Assembly: GCA_964106915.2 (NCBI GenBank)
Contig: OZ066914.1
Length of the DNA: 64,000 nt
DNA from: Podarcis gaigeae
Taxonomy: Eukaryota
Strand: one strand, 5' to 3'
Shown here: positions 25,020 to 37,703 of the stretch, in pieces
How the letters are laid out: every line of letters begins with the position of its first letter
Position numbering within the stretch: the first letter of the stretch is position 1
Notes under the pieces: generated by a model
Seen by the model: only the letters and a program-made list of their open reading frames with translations
Database searches by the model: none
Told to the model about the DNA's origin: nothing
Position numbers and translations under genes: made by a program

Positions 25020-25970
25020 TCCTACGGATCCTGACGGCCTCCCAAGCCATTCCTGTCTCGTGATTTGGAAATATATGCGCACACAACCCTCCCCTTCTTC
25101 CTCCAACCCCTCTGGGATCTCCACCACCCGAGGCGGGCTGCTCTGCGCGCATCTTCACGAGACGCTGCAGTCCCCCGGTCACAGAAGTCGTGCAAAAAAA
25201 TAGAAAGGACCATGCTGCAAAAGAATTGCTCCCCTACCTGAAAAAAAAAGGTAGCCGAGATCCTGCTTTCCCCTCCCGCCTGCTCCGGCGTGAAATCGAA
25301 GGACGCTTTCCCGAAGGACGGTCGCCGGAGACACTTTTTGGGGCCAGCTTTTCCCGGCGTCTCCCCTCTCCAGATCAACGGCACACTTGCTCGGGGAGAC
25401 CTCCTCCGGTTTGCAGCGTCAGGCTCTTCCAGGCGCCCAGCGAGAGACCATAACAAACCCACTTTTCGCCAGGCAAGGGGCCGTCGCTAAATTCCCGAAT
25501 CAGTGCAAAGGGCTACTCGCGCCGTTCAGGAACTGGAGCAGAGAAACCCGGTCTCTGCCCCACCCACATCCCCTCCCGGGTTCGCTCGGCGCGCCGTGAC
25601 CGCGCAGCTGCATCCTGGCGTGGCCACGGTGGCGCGCCAGCCCGGCCTCCCCTCTCTTCGAGCGGGGGTCTCCGCGCCTGGAGCTCTGGCTCGAAGGAAG
25701 AGGACGGGCTTCCCACGAGGGAGAAGGCAAGAGCCGCCAGCAGCGGGCAGCAAGGGATCTTCCCGTTCCGCCTCCGCCCTGCCCTCCTGCAACGCGGCGG
25801 CGGCGAATGCGCGCCTTGGCCCTCGCTTTGCTCCCGAGTTGCATGCCCGGGGAAGGGACTCTCTGCAAGTTGCCGAGCTAATCCGGCGGCAAGGGGTCGG
25901 TCCCTTCACGAGGGTAGCTCGCAACCTATCAGCGATCCTGCTCTGGGGTTTTCGCGTTGCAGGCTGTAGC
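25020..25970 (-). promoter_or_regulatory. CpG island; probable promoter and first exon of the minus-strand gene (TMEM63C by synteny)
   Basis: Sharp local rise in GC and CpG in non-repetitive sequence; candidate minus-strand donor CAG|GTAGGG at 25238/25237. Direction and gene identity are inferred. Confidence 0.7.
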
Positions 25971-26052
25971 CCAACAGGTGCACCTTTCTCTGTCCCGGAA
26001 GTGCAGCGGTTGGGGGAGCATCATCAGCTGATTTTTTTACGTAGTTATAGCA

Positions 26053-26055
<3 letters not shown>

Positions 26056-26111
<56 letters not shown>

Positions 26112-26950
26112 TTTATACCCCACCCTTCCAGGTTCAGAAAAAAATTTAAAACACTTAATTGCAATACAACATAGAAGCAGCGTGAAATACAGTATAAAAG
26201 CATGAATGACAATAAAATTCAAAGTTCGAAAATCATTTTGGGGAATTCCATCCAATAAACATAAGAGAGTCACCAGGGCTAGCTGGCTGAGTTAATCCTA
26301 GTTGGGCCAGCGAGGAGGCCAGGGGAGAATTAGCTGTGGGGTCTCAGAGCGAGTAATCTTCATAAAAGGGGAGGGGGAGGGAAGAGAAGGGAAATAAAAG
26401 ATCAGGCTGAATTCAAATTAAAGGCCAGGCAGAATAGCTCTGTCTTACAGGCCTGGCGGAAGAAGGTTAAATCCTGAAGGGCCCTAGTCTCATGGTTCAC
26501 AGCATTCCACCAGGTCGGAGCCATTACTGAAAAGGCCCTGGCCCTGGTGGAGGATAGTCTGACTTCCTTAGGGCCTGGGACCTCTAAGCTATGGTTATTC
26601 ATGGACCTTAAGGTCCTCTGCGGGGCATACCAGGAGAGGCAGTCCCGTAAATACGAGGGCCCTAAGCCACAAAGGGCTTTAAAGGGCAAAACCAGCACCT
26701 TGAACCTGACCCTATACTCCACCAGGAGCCAGTGCAACTTGTAAAGCACTGGGTGAATATGCTCCCATGGCAGGGACCCTGTGAGGAGCCTCGCTGCAGC
26801 ATTCTGCACCCGCTGGAGTTTCTGGGACAGTTTCAAGGGCAGCCCCGCGTAGAGCGAATTACAGTAGTCAAGCCTGGAGGTGACTGTCGCATGGATCACT
26901 GTGGCCAGATCGGGGTGGGAAAGGTAAGGGACCAACTGCTTAATGTGGCG
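26056..26950 (-). mobile_element. L2 LINE 3' portion with (TAT)n tail
   Basis: ORF 26402-26935 contains the L2 ORF2 C-terminal motifs SRLDYCNSL, LQRVQNAAARLL and RAFSVMAPTWWN; (AAT)n run at 26056-26110. Confidence 0.92.
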
Positions 26951-29699
26951 AAGATGGAAAAATGTCGCCTTAGCTGTAGGATTACACCCAAACTCTTAAT
27001 GGAAGGCAATGGCACTAATTGGGCCCCACAAGAGAAGGGGTGTGGCTTACCTGCCCCCTGCCATTTTATTGAAGTTGGTACACCCCACATAATCGATCAC
27101 AAGAAGCGGTGCACACACCCCGTTGGAATGGCAATGCCCCTCAACTTCAGGGATGTTGATATTTTTTTGGCAGTGAGGAGGGGGGGAGACGAAGGAACCT
27201 CGGCCCCTAGGAGTTGGCTCCTATAAGTCAGGCTATTTGTCAGAGTGTAGTCCAGTACTGTTTACTCTGACTTGCTGTGGCTCTCTGCAGAGTTATTTAC
27301 AGAGAATTATCTAGTTAATATGCTACTTAATAATAGTTAAGATTCCTGCGTGATCCTCGGGATCCTTTCCAACTCTACAATTCTATGATTTCGTGTTTTT
27401 TTAAAGGAGGGCCTCCTGCAGATACCATCTTTATCAGGCAGTTCATCCTTCAGCACAAGTTATGTAACTTGTGAAGTAATTGCAATTAAATGATTTGAAT
27501 ACATCTAGAGTTCGTGTGTACAGGTGCTGGCTGAATGAAGAAACTGTACAGCAGGGGTGAAGAATCAATTTCAGCATGAGTGATGAATTGGAATTTGCCC
27601 AACCTTACAGAAGGCCACATTGCTTTGGTGGATATGACAAAAGTAGGCGGGGGCAAAAACCACAAAGCAACCCCCCCACCTCACAAATGGATGCACCTTG
27701 ATTTCCCCTCATTGTCAGGAACACACAAGCACAGGGCACACAGCACTCTCCTTTACAGACACACACACACATGCACACAGTCATATAAACTCTTGCACAC
27801 CAGATATGATGCAGGCACACAGGCACACGGGCAAAACCACCCCTCCATTGCTGGTGGCGGTGGCAGGGAAAGATCCCTCTGTGGGTTCTTTAGATAGGGG
27901 TTTTATCTTCCCATCTTGACAGTAAGCACTACAGCACTAAAACTGGAGATAACCCCTCTGTGAGCAGGCAGAGGGGTTATCTCCAATGATAAAGCTTAGT
28001 ACTCAGATCAGAGATCCTTTGGCCTAGTCTTTAAGAGTAAAAGGCAGTATTTCTACTGCTACCAAGTACTAGAGTGGGGAGGAAGGCTGCCTTTATCATT
28101 GTTGCTATTATTTATTCAGTTTATATACCACCTCTCATCTGTAGATCCCAGGCCAGTTCACAGCATAAAGAGCAGGAAGAGAACTTATCTCCAATTAGCA
28201 CCGGCTTGCTTAGATAATCCTTTAACTGTCCCCCACCTGATGTCATATGACAGCAGGTAAATGGCAGGTGGGCACTGTTTGCCACCATGGACCAAATGGA
28301 GAAGACTGGCAGGCCCAATTAGACCTGTTGGAGCAGAGGTTCCCCGCAGCTGTTGTTCAGCATCAGGTGAGTTGGAGGCAATGATCTGTCAAGGTACTTT
28401 GTTCTAAAGGAGGAATCCAGTGCCTAATCTATCTGGTGCACACTGTGAACGACTTGAAGTCCATCATCTGCCTGGAAACTGCTGGTACCAGTTTATCCTA
28501 CTAAATGGTAAAACTAGATGGCTCAGCTGAATCGTAAGAAGAGTTATAGAAGAGAATCAAGTCTTTAAATCTGATGAGTCATAGCATGACTCAGCTTGTG
28601 CTTCCTTTGTCCTCATTCCTAAGTGCATCCCTCCTCCTTAGCTGTCTTGAGTAAACAAAACCACCTGAACAAGATCAAAACATCCTGGTCCCAGGCCAGA
28701 TCAGGCCCTGCTAGATTCATTTATTTCAGCTCTATATAAGCACAGCAGGGACTGATCAGAGTTGCAGTCTGGAAGGCCCCTAGTTGGGATAGGATTGGGA
28801 TGTTACTAAGAAGAAGATTCACAGATGCTGTGTTTGTGGCTTTTTTTGCCTGGCTAGTCTGTTCTATAGCCCCAAACTCCCTGTTCGTTTCAGATACAGA
28901 ATCCTATATTGCCAAATCACATTTATTGATTGCTTTTGCCTGTTACTGTAAGCATAACACATCACTAATTCCCCAAACTGCATCAGTTTAAAAAAGAATC
29001 AACAATAATAAAATATTGCATACCACTTAGGCTCCACATCTGCGCCCCAGCCTCCTATATAAAATATTCATAAATACAAATCAATTGTTAAAGAACAGCA
29101 TGGCTGGGAAGAGTAGCTGTGTAAGAATGGCACCCTTGGGTTCCATGTTTGGTGTCTGCCTTTGATTCCAGATCTAACCCCCTTAATCAAAATATTGACC
29201 TTTCTTCATGTCAGTGCAATTGCCTCATGAGGTGGGGTCTTCCTTGGTTTTTAAATCATAAAGGAATCTGTTCCAGCACAACACATCCTGGAAAATTAAG
29301 CCCAGTGATTTCAGAGAGAGAGAGAGAGCAAAGTACATAACTGACTGGTCAAACAGAATCTCCATTTTACAGTCAGTGATTTTAACCGGTTTATACATCC
29401 CTTGGAATATTTTTCTACATCTTTCTCTCAGGAGCTCTGTGATACTTCTTGCGCTACAGGAAATGTAAGCATTCTATATTTCCATCCAGGGGTACAGTGT
29501 CTCTTTTTTTGTAATATTTGAAGGGCATTCATTTGTGTGAATTAACGGTTGATCTAAGTGATCAACATCACTTGAAATTTGAGTCTCCAGCACAAATTCT
29601 TAATAGTACAACATATTGGGGCACTTGGACCGCAATGAACACAAGGAGACTTATATCTAAACATACACCACACACGACAACAAATCTTGCTGCAGTCAA

Positions 29700-30158
29700 C
29701 TAAAGACAACCATGTCCAACCTCTCTCCAGAGCAAAGACTACAGAAGTTAGACTGCATCTGTGCAGATAGAGATAGCGCCACCAGCTGAAGCTGATGGAA
29801 GGCACTCTGCGCCACCAAGGCCACCTGAACAAAGGATCCAAGCTACGAGGGAGTGTAACCTCATCCAGAGCAGGCAATCTCCCATCCATCCATTTCAATT
29901 TCATTGTTCTGTATGGGACAATGACAATAAAGGTCTATCGTATCCAGTGCTAGGAACCACCTACTAACAGTGCCTCAGTCTCATCTGGGTTGAGCTTCAG
30001 TTTGTTGGCTCTCATCCAGTCCATTACCAACGCAAGACAGCAGTCCAGCACATCGACTGCCTTGCCTGCAGATGTAAAGGAGATGTAGAGTTGTGTGTCA
30101 TCAGCATATTGTTAACACCATGCTCCAAAACTTGGGATGACCCCAGCAGTGGTTTTAT
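29700..30158 (-). mobile_element. Older L2 LINE fragment (RT region)
   Basis: Minus strand encodes YADDTQLY near 30085-30108 and a SRLDxC-like motif near 29715-29730. Confidence 0.7.
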
Positions 30159-30159
30159 G

Positions 30160-31660
30160 TAGATGTGGTCTTGACTATGCTACCACTCAGTGGATTTGTA
30201 ACTGGCTGACTGACCGAACCCAAAGGGTGCTCATCAATGGTTCCTCTTCATCCTGGAGAAGAGTGACTAGTGGGGTGCCACAGGGTTCTGTCTTGGGCCC
30301 GGTCTTATTCAACATCTTTATCAACGACTTGGATGATAGACTCAAGGGCATCCTGATCAAATTTGCAGATGACACCAAACTGGGAGGGGTGGCTACCACC
30401 CCAGAGGATAGGATCACACTTCAAAACAACCTTGACAGATTAGAGAACTGGGCCAAAACAAACAAGATGAATTTTAACAGGGAGAAATGTAAAGTATTGC
30501 ACTTGGGGGGGGGGGGGAGGAGAGGCACAAATACAAGATGGGTGACACCTGGCTTGAGAGCAGTACATGTGAAAAGGATCTAGGAGTCTTGGTTGACCAC
30601 AAACTTGACATGAGCCAACAGTGTGACGCGGCAGCTAAAAAAGCCAATGCAATTCTGGGCTGCGTCAATAGGAGTATAGCATCTAGATCAAGGGATGTAA
30701 TAGTGCCACTGTATTCTGCTCTGGTCAGACCTCACCTGGAGTACTGTGCCCAGTTCTGGGCACCACAGTTCAAGAAGGACACTGACAAACTGGAACGTGT
30801 CCAGAGGAGGGCAACCAAAATGGTCAAAGGCCTGGAAATGATGCCATATGAGGAATGGCTAAGGGAGCTGGGCATGTTTAGCCTGGAGAAGAGGAGGTTA
30901 AGGGGTGATATGATAGCCATGTTCAAATATATAAAAGGATGTCACATAGAGGAGGGAGAAAGGTTGTTTTCTGCTGCTCCAGAGAAGCGGACACGGAGCA
31001 ATGGATCCAAACTACAAGAAAGAAGATTCCCCCTAAACATTAGTGTCAGGGAATTGCCATCAGAGCAAGAAACGGAGGCAGGGCTCCCAAGCGATGCCGG
31101 AGAGGGGACGAGCAGGGGGGAAGGATTTCAACGCAACACCCATAGAGCAGAGAGGGAGATGGAGGAATTGGTGACAGGGCTCCAAGACCCTTCCCCCGAA
31201 TCTAGTGGAGAGAGCGCTGGGACGCCCCTGCCTTCCCCTTACTTGCGTAGACGCGTTCCGCGCAGAGAACATAGGCGGAGACTCGGGGTCAAACAGCTTC
31301 TATGCTGGAAGAGATTCAAGAGACGCCCACTCTCGGATTCTGCAAGTGACTAACAGGTCACGGAGGGCGAGCTCCGACCCTAAGCATGGTTGGGCAAGCA
31401 AAATAACTGAACTGAAGTAAGGTTATGCACAAGTAACCCCTCACACTCATTACAATTAGGAAGAACTTCCTGACAGTAAGAGCTGTTCGACAGTGGAATT
31501 TGCTGCCAAGGAGTGTGGTGGAGTCTCCTTCTTTGGAGGTCTTTAAGCAGAGGCTTGACAACCATATGTCAGGAGTGCTCTGATGGTGCTTCCTGCTTGG
31601 CAGGGGGTTGGACTCGATGGCCCTTGTGGTCTCTTCCAACTCTATGATTCTATGATTCTA
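30160..31660 (+). mobile_element. 5'-truncated CR1 LINE, interrupted by a solo LTR
   Basis: RT motifs GVPQGSVLGP, KFADDTKLGG and LVRPHLEYC; frameshift at the poly-G near 30505; 3' end (TTCTATGA)n. Confidence 0.95.
31044..31454 (+). mobile_element. Young solo LTR (411 bp, probably Gypsy/Metaviridae) carrying an open reading frame
   Basis: TGTCA...TTACA termini; 5-bp TSD ATTAG (31039-31043 / 31455-31459) splits the CR1 sequence CTAAACATTAGGAAGAAC; CpG-rich. Confidence 0.9.
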
Positions 31661-32379
31661 ATATGCTAAACAGCATAGGGGATAAAATTTAATCCTGAGG
31701 AAGTGCATGTTGAATGCTTCATGGGGCTAAAGAACACGCCCCAAGTATCACCATCTGGAAATGACTGTCCAAATAGGACCAGAACTACAGCAAAGCACTG
31801 TCACCAACCCCCAACTCAGACATGCCCAGAACGACTGTGATTAGGGCCCCCCGCCCCCCACTCTTGCCAGCTCCTCTCTTCCCAAGGGCATCCTTTTGCA
31901 ATCTACTTCACCAACTGCATGCTTTCATCTTGAGTTGCAGTGGGGGTTGTAAAAAAAAATGAGGTGACAAGGAAATAAAATGCAGAAAAGTACAGACAGT
32001 GATAATTGCATCCTTTACAGCAGTCAGTCACAAAAGTGTCGCTAATGACACACATCCTCACATTGCTTAGCCAATTAACACATACAGTGCACTAAAAATA
32101 TTTTTTTCTCAGTTTAGTCCTCAAGTGATAGCACTGAAACTCTTGGTATGCTTTAATGCAGTGGATTCATGCTGCAGATTCTCTCTGAAGATCCTTTGCT
32201 CCAGGATGGGCTACTACTCTAAGGTCATTTATGGATGGGTGGGTGTATGTATGTATGCATGCATGCATACATATAAATGATACATGCATTATATTTATAC
32301 TGGTCTTTCTTCCATCATAAAACTGAAAGTGCCCCCCAAGATTCTGAATCATTTAAGTCAGACTCAGTATCAATCAATA

Positions 32380-32900
32380 ACTGAAACAAGGATACCCAAA
32401 GCCCAGTATGGGGGGATGCTCAGAAAGCTTTAAGAGAGAGGAAATGTGAATGACGCCTTATCAGCATGGAGTGAAAAGCAGGTCAGCTTTTCGCTGCTAT
32501 ATTACAAAGACCAAAGATACAGACTCTCATAGAAAATGCAAAGATTAATCAGAAACAGAACATGTAATAGCTCTCTGCCTTGTCCTATCTAGTACAGAAT
32601 AACTTGCTGGACATAATCAGCTTGCAAAAGCCATCAATTACTATGCTGTACCAACTAATCATTTCAAATCTGCCTTCTTACTACGAATATTATCCTCAAC
32701 CAGCTCTTGAAAACAATGGTTGCACCTTGCTATTGGGAAAAATCCCATTCTAAGAACAGGTCAGGCATAATTCTGATGAACAATGACAACAACAACAAGG
32801 CTACTAAAAGAACCCAGCATTGCCAATATCACAACAGCCGAAACCTAGCCTTGGAAATAAGGCACATCTGGAAAGTCAAGATAATTCAATCTAAAAGCAT
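32380..32900 (+). mobile_element. Highly decayed LINE remnant (possibly R4/Dong-like)
   Basis: Relic peptide NLALEIRHIW resembles the C-terminal restriction-like endonuclease region of such elements; weak evidence. Confidence 0.3.
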
Positions 32901-34479
32901 TTCCAGGGAGACTAGAATTTGGAGAAGAGATGCTACAAATGTGCAAAAACATGTTAACCTTGTAGCCTTCCAAGATAATACATTTCTAAACAATGAAGGA
33001 TACCTCTCTCAGAAAGAGCTTTGGGATATTCAGACCTTGCATGAGGAAGTGCTGAGCTGTGAGGAGCTTGGGGAGGCAGAGTAGTAATGATACTGAACTG
33101 ACGGTGATTCCTGCAAATTTGCGAAACTGCCTAGGTGTGTACTGTAGAAGTATGTAAGGTGGACAATTCAAATTGAAATTTTTAAAAACCAGAATGGCCA
33201 GCAATGGACTTATGACATATTATTGGGCTGAGCAAACTGCACATTTTAAACACTGAATACACCACTTCTATCCATATTTATACTCTCCATCAGCATATGT
33301 ATCTGATTTTCCTCTAGTAGGAAAAAGAAGCAATTGTTTGAGAAAATAAGATCCCTCTCAGCTTTTGTCAGGTAGTTACAGTAATTGCTTCTTCCACTGA
33401 GGAAGGTAGTTTCACAGTAACAGGCGAGGAGCAATTGTGGGAAGTGAATATGCTGCCTGCTGCTAAGTTGCTTATTTTAACCAGTTGACTTGTCCTGATG
33501 CCTAACAATGTTCTCCTGAAATCCTCAGCTGAGTTCCTGCTGATGTTTCCAAGAACTGCTCAAAGCGCCTTACAAAGAATAAAAGAGGAAGGCATTTCAA
33601 ACACTACAAAAACAAATTCATAACGACACAGCAAAACAAAAGCAAATGTAACAACACACAAAAAACCCCTACATTTCAAATAAATATAACAATGCTTATA
33701 GCAAACTTTTACAAATAACTGTATGTACTTCCTGAGGGAGGGCATTCCATAAATACGAGGTGTCAACACTGAAAAGAGAAAAAGATGCCCAAGACTGAAT
33801 ACATTTTGAAGTTCATAACATGTGAATGTGAGTGGACTGAAAGGTACCTGTCTGTTTCATAACATGGGAAGAAAAGAAGTTATCCAGGCGCGGATGATAA
33901 GGTCTACCCCTGTGAACTATTCACACATGATTGTGTCCAGAACTCGACACAGCTTCCCTATGTTCATGTGTAGGAGACATTTTATGATTGAAGCAGTCCA
34001 TAATACATTCAGCATCTACATATGTAACTCAGAAAACTGCCTCCTGGTGGGGAGGGGGGGTGCCTCTAGTGGATTTTTTTTTTGCTTATTCAGCACTGCC
34101 ATCTTCTGGCTTCCCTGGATATTGTCAGCCATCAATTTCTAGTCCCTGAAAGGCTGAGTCTTGTTTCATCCTCTTTCAGAAGATGGTCCAACCTGGGTCC
34201 AACCCATCTTGCTTTGGGTTTTTGACAGTTTTCATCTTCAGAGCTCCAGTTAAGACGTTTAGGTGCTATTCCTATTCAGTCCCTCTAGTGAGGGGTTGTT
34301 GCTCAGTAGTAGAGCAGAAGCTATACATGCAGAAGGTCAAAGCAGAACTGGATTTAGGGCGGTTCCCCCGCTTAGGGCGCTGAGCTAAGTGGGCACAAAA
34401 TTGAGAAGATCCGTAATTGAGAAGATCCATTTGGGGGCATGAGCATAGCCAGGATTTATGTTGGGAGGGGGTATATGAA

Positions 34480-34722
34480 GAAGAAGAGTTTGAATTTGAT
34501 ATCCCGCTTTATCACCACCCGAAGGAGTCTCAAAGCGGCTAACATTCTCCTTTCCCTTCCTCCCCCGCAACAAACACTCTGTGAGGTGAGTGGGGCTGAG
34601 AGACTTCAGAGAAGTGTGACTGGCCCAAGGTCACCCAGCAGCTGCGTGTGGAGGAGCAGGGAAGCGAACCTGGTTCACCAGACTACGGGACTACTGCTCT
34701 TAACCACTACACCACACTGGCT
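34480..34722 (-). mobile_element. CORE/MIR-like SINE, well preserved
   Basis: CACTCTGTGAGGTGAGTGGGGCTGAGAG...CCCAAGGTCACCCAG...AACCACTACACCACACTGGCT, the last being the reverse complement of the tRNA-like head. Confidence 0.8.
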
Positions 34723-34957
34723 GGTTGCCATACGTCCAGGAAATCCCAAACATGTCCTGTTTGGAGGGAACTACATGCCCAACTGGGTGGATTTTTTTAC
34801 AATTGTAAGCAAATATCCGGGGTTTGTGGTTTTTTTTTTGAGGGGGAGTTAAAAAAATTGTGTTCACAGATGGCTCAGGTTCAGGCTTGAGCTCGGGTCT
34901 GGCAACCCTAGGGGGCAGGATTTATGTTAGGGGGCAGAACCAAGCTATCTGTGATGT

Positions 34958-35288
34958 GATAATAATAATAATGATTTATTATTTATACCCCGCCCATCTG
35001 GCTGGGTTTCCCCAGCCACTCTGGGCGGCTTCCAACTGAATATTAAAAACGGTACAACATCAGACATTAAAAACTTCCCTAAACAGGGCCCCCTTCAGTT
35101 GTCTTTTAAACGTAAAGTAGTTGTTTATTGCCTTGACATCTGTTGGGAGGGTGTTCCACAGGGTGGGTGCCACTACCGAGAAGGCCCTCTGCCTGGTTCC
35201 CTGTATCCTCACTTCTTGCAGCGAGGGAACTGCCAGAAGGCCCTCGGTGCTGGACCTCAGTGTCCGGGCTGGATGATGGGGGTGGAGT
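34958..35288 (-). mobile_element. L2 LINE 3' end
   Basis: Reverse-complement homology to 43967-44330; (AAT)n tail. Confidence 0.85.
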
Positions 35289-35864
35289 TAAGTATTTTTA
35301 TTTATTTACTTGATTTGGGATGACAGCTTTCCCCCTTGGGTACAACTATGTTTGGCGGGCCAAATTTTGGCCTCGCTCAAGAAGCCATGTTACCAAAAAT
35401 TATCAAAGTCTGCCCCTGGTAACAGTTTCCATCCCTGGATGGTCCATTAAAAAAACAAAACAAAAACTCAGCAAGGCTGCAGAAGTTTTTCCCTGATTCC
35501 CTGGAGAGTTTCTACCAACCACATGATACAGATTCAGTCTTAAGGACTCCATTCTGGATTTGTAGAGGGTTTACTTCTTGGCCTTTTCTTTTCCCAAAGA
35601 CGCCTCACAAGTCAGTGGGGTATGGATATCTCCTTGGGGTTTATTCCCAAAGCCTTTCTCACAAATGAGTATAGAGCCACAAGGCAGCAGAGGTTTAGGA
35701 TCAGAATACACCCACAAAAAGCAGCAGTCTGGAGGGCCCCAGAGCTAATTTGGGTACTGCAGTGTATGATGCTGATGGCCCTGTGATTTCAAATGTCATG
35801 CATTGGCAGTCTCCCCAGAGGAAATATGACTTTTGTTACAGATGTGCTCTCAAATGATCCCATG

Positions 35865-36536
35865 TGTTGTAAATAAAAATATGCCCTTTTCCCTTATGGG
35901 GTATCCAAGAGCCCATATAGAGTCCTTACATAGGTTCCCTATTGGTAGGAGAAAATAACAGAGGCCAACCAGAGAATATTGAGAAACAAAGCAGCTAGTA
36001 AGCTTGATCTTTATTGATCTGTTGCAACAGGGTGCTCCCCTCACATGCAGGAGAGGAAGAGGACCCAGAACAATGCTGTGCAAGGGTTTATAAAGACTTT
36101 TGAAATTCCCATTCTGTAGATCAAGACCACCCCCAGAAACATTATGCATACATCACAGAAGGGGTGTAACCTAAGACCACCCCTCAGATACATCCCACCT
36201 ACATCACAGAAATTTAAATGTTGTTTTTCTCTTGTCACAGTTTATCTCCTGTCGCTTTGTTTATTTCCTGTCTGGCAGGTTACTTGATTGGATTTCTTGG
36301 GGAGCCTGGGCAGTCTTGTAATGATAAGGCTCACACCCTTATTCAAACACAGATTAAGACAGGATTTGTGAAGGAAGAGACAATGGGGAGGCTTTTCCAT
36401 TTTGACCATGCAGAGAAACATTTGCTCAGTTTAGGAATCAAAATGGTTCCAGGTTGGCTTTCCTGTGCTGATCTATGTACAGTACGTGTGGTTATGAACG
36501 TTGCCATATATCTAAGACCATAAAATTCCTATCACA
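35865..36536 (-). mobile_element. Solo LTR (672 bp), ERV class I-like
   Basis: TG...CA termini with 4-bp TSD CATG (35861-35864 / 36537-36540); TATA box TTTATAAA at 36087-36094 upstream of minus-strand AATAAA at 36010-36015; duplicated AAGACCACCCC...TACATCACAGAA units in U3. Confidence 0.8.
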
Positions 36537-37117
36537 CATGCATGCTTACTTAGCAGTAAGTATAGTGAGAATTTACTTGTGATGAAGGCTATCCAGGAGT
36601 TCAGCCTCAGTCGTTATTGGTAGCTTGTTGAATTGTGCTTCCTTCTTTTCCAGATTCATCTGGATGTCTAGGCTGCGTGGAGAAATCTCTTTTCACTTTG
36701 TGCTGAGTTAAAATACCAGGTTCTTCCTCCAGAGGTGACTGCACTTCGGGAATGTGGAGAATGATTTTTTTCAGATACGCTTTAGAACGCCAAGAGGAGC
36801 AGGAGACACATAAAGGCAGATACTTAACAACATGCCTTGGATGAGAGAGAATAGCGTCTTTCTCTGTGTCTCCTCCAGGCTTTTGATGTCCTTCACCTGT
36901 CCTGCCTTCAGAATTATGTCTTGCCTGAGACTTTCACACTCCCTAAGGATGTCTTGTTTGCTGGAGCTGCTTAATTGGGGATTTTGTTACCTAAAAGTAA
37001 TGCCTCCCCCCACCCGCCGTGCAATGCTTCATAACATCACAGCAATTATATAATTCTCTTGATTCCCCTTCAGTTTTTGTTGCTGCTAGGTTATAGCACT
37101 ATTCTCTGCTCCCAGTA

Positions 37118-37375
37118 CAGTGGTACCTCGGGTTACATACACTTCAGGTTACATACGCTTCAGGTTACATACGCTTCAGGTTACAGACTCCGCTAACGCA
37201 GAAATATTACCTCAGGTTAAGAACTTTGCTTCAGGATGAGAACAGAAATTGTGCTCCGGTGGCATGGCAGCAGCAGGAGGCCCCATTAGCTAAAGTGGTG
37301 CTTCAGGTTAAGAACGGTTTTAGGTTAAGAACGGACCTCCGGAACGAATTAAGTACGTAACCAGAGGTACCACTG
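37118..37375 (+). mobile_element. Tigger/pogo-like MITE, family A
   Basis: TA-flanked TIRs CAGTGGTACCTC...GAGGTACCACTG. Confidence 0.9.
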
Positions 37376-37703
37376 TAAAGCATAGCTCAGAGAAAGATTG
37401 GAAATGCTCAGGTCTTTTCCTGTCAATACAGGGCTGTGGACCCAGAAAACCCGGTGTATGTGTGTGTGTGTGCTTTGTGAGGTGAGCCAAGCCAGCATCA
37501 AGAGTTGGCATAGCAGGGCACCTGCCAGGGCCAGTGTTCCCAGACGAGGGCCTGCTGATAAGAGACCCATGGACCTTCTCCTCCTCTTCACCATTTCAAC
37601 CTGCTTCTTCACCTGCCTCTCCCTCTGTGTCTGGCAAACAAGCAGCTGGTAGCAAAACTTGGAGAGCAACCCACTTCTGACACCATGCAGTAATCCATGG
37701 GCA

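Noticed and set aside
24685-26174. Several long overlapping ORFs (up to 223 aa) on both strands
   Set aside because: GC-rich CpG island with few stop codons; no recognisable domain; the poly-Ile and poly-Tyr runs come from the (AAT)n microsatellite.
26402-26935. 177-aa ORF as a host gene
   Set aside because: L2 ORF2 C-terminus.
36654-36735. Possible plus-strand exon (acceptor CTTTTCCCAG, donor GAG|GTGACT)
   Set aside because: Isolated, with no partner exons or coding signal; such site pairs occur by chance.
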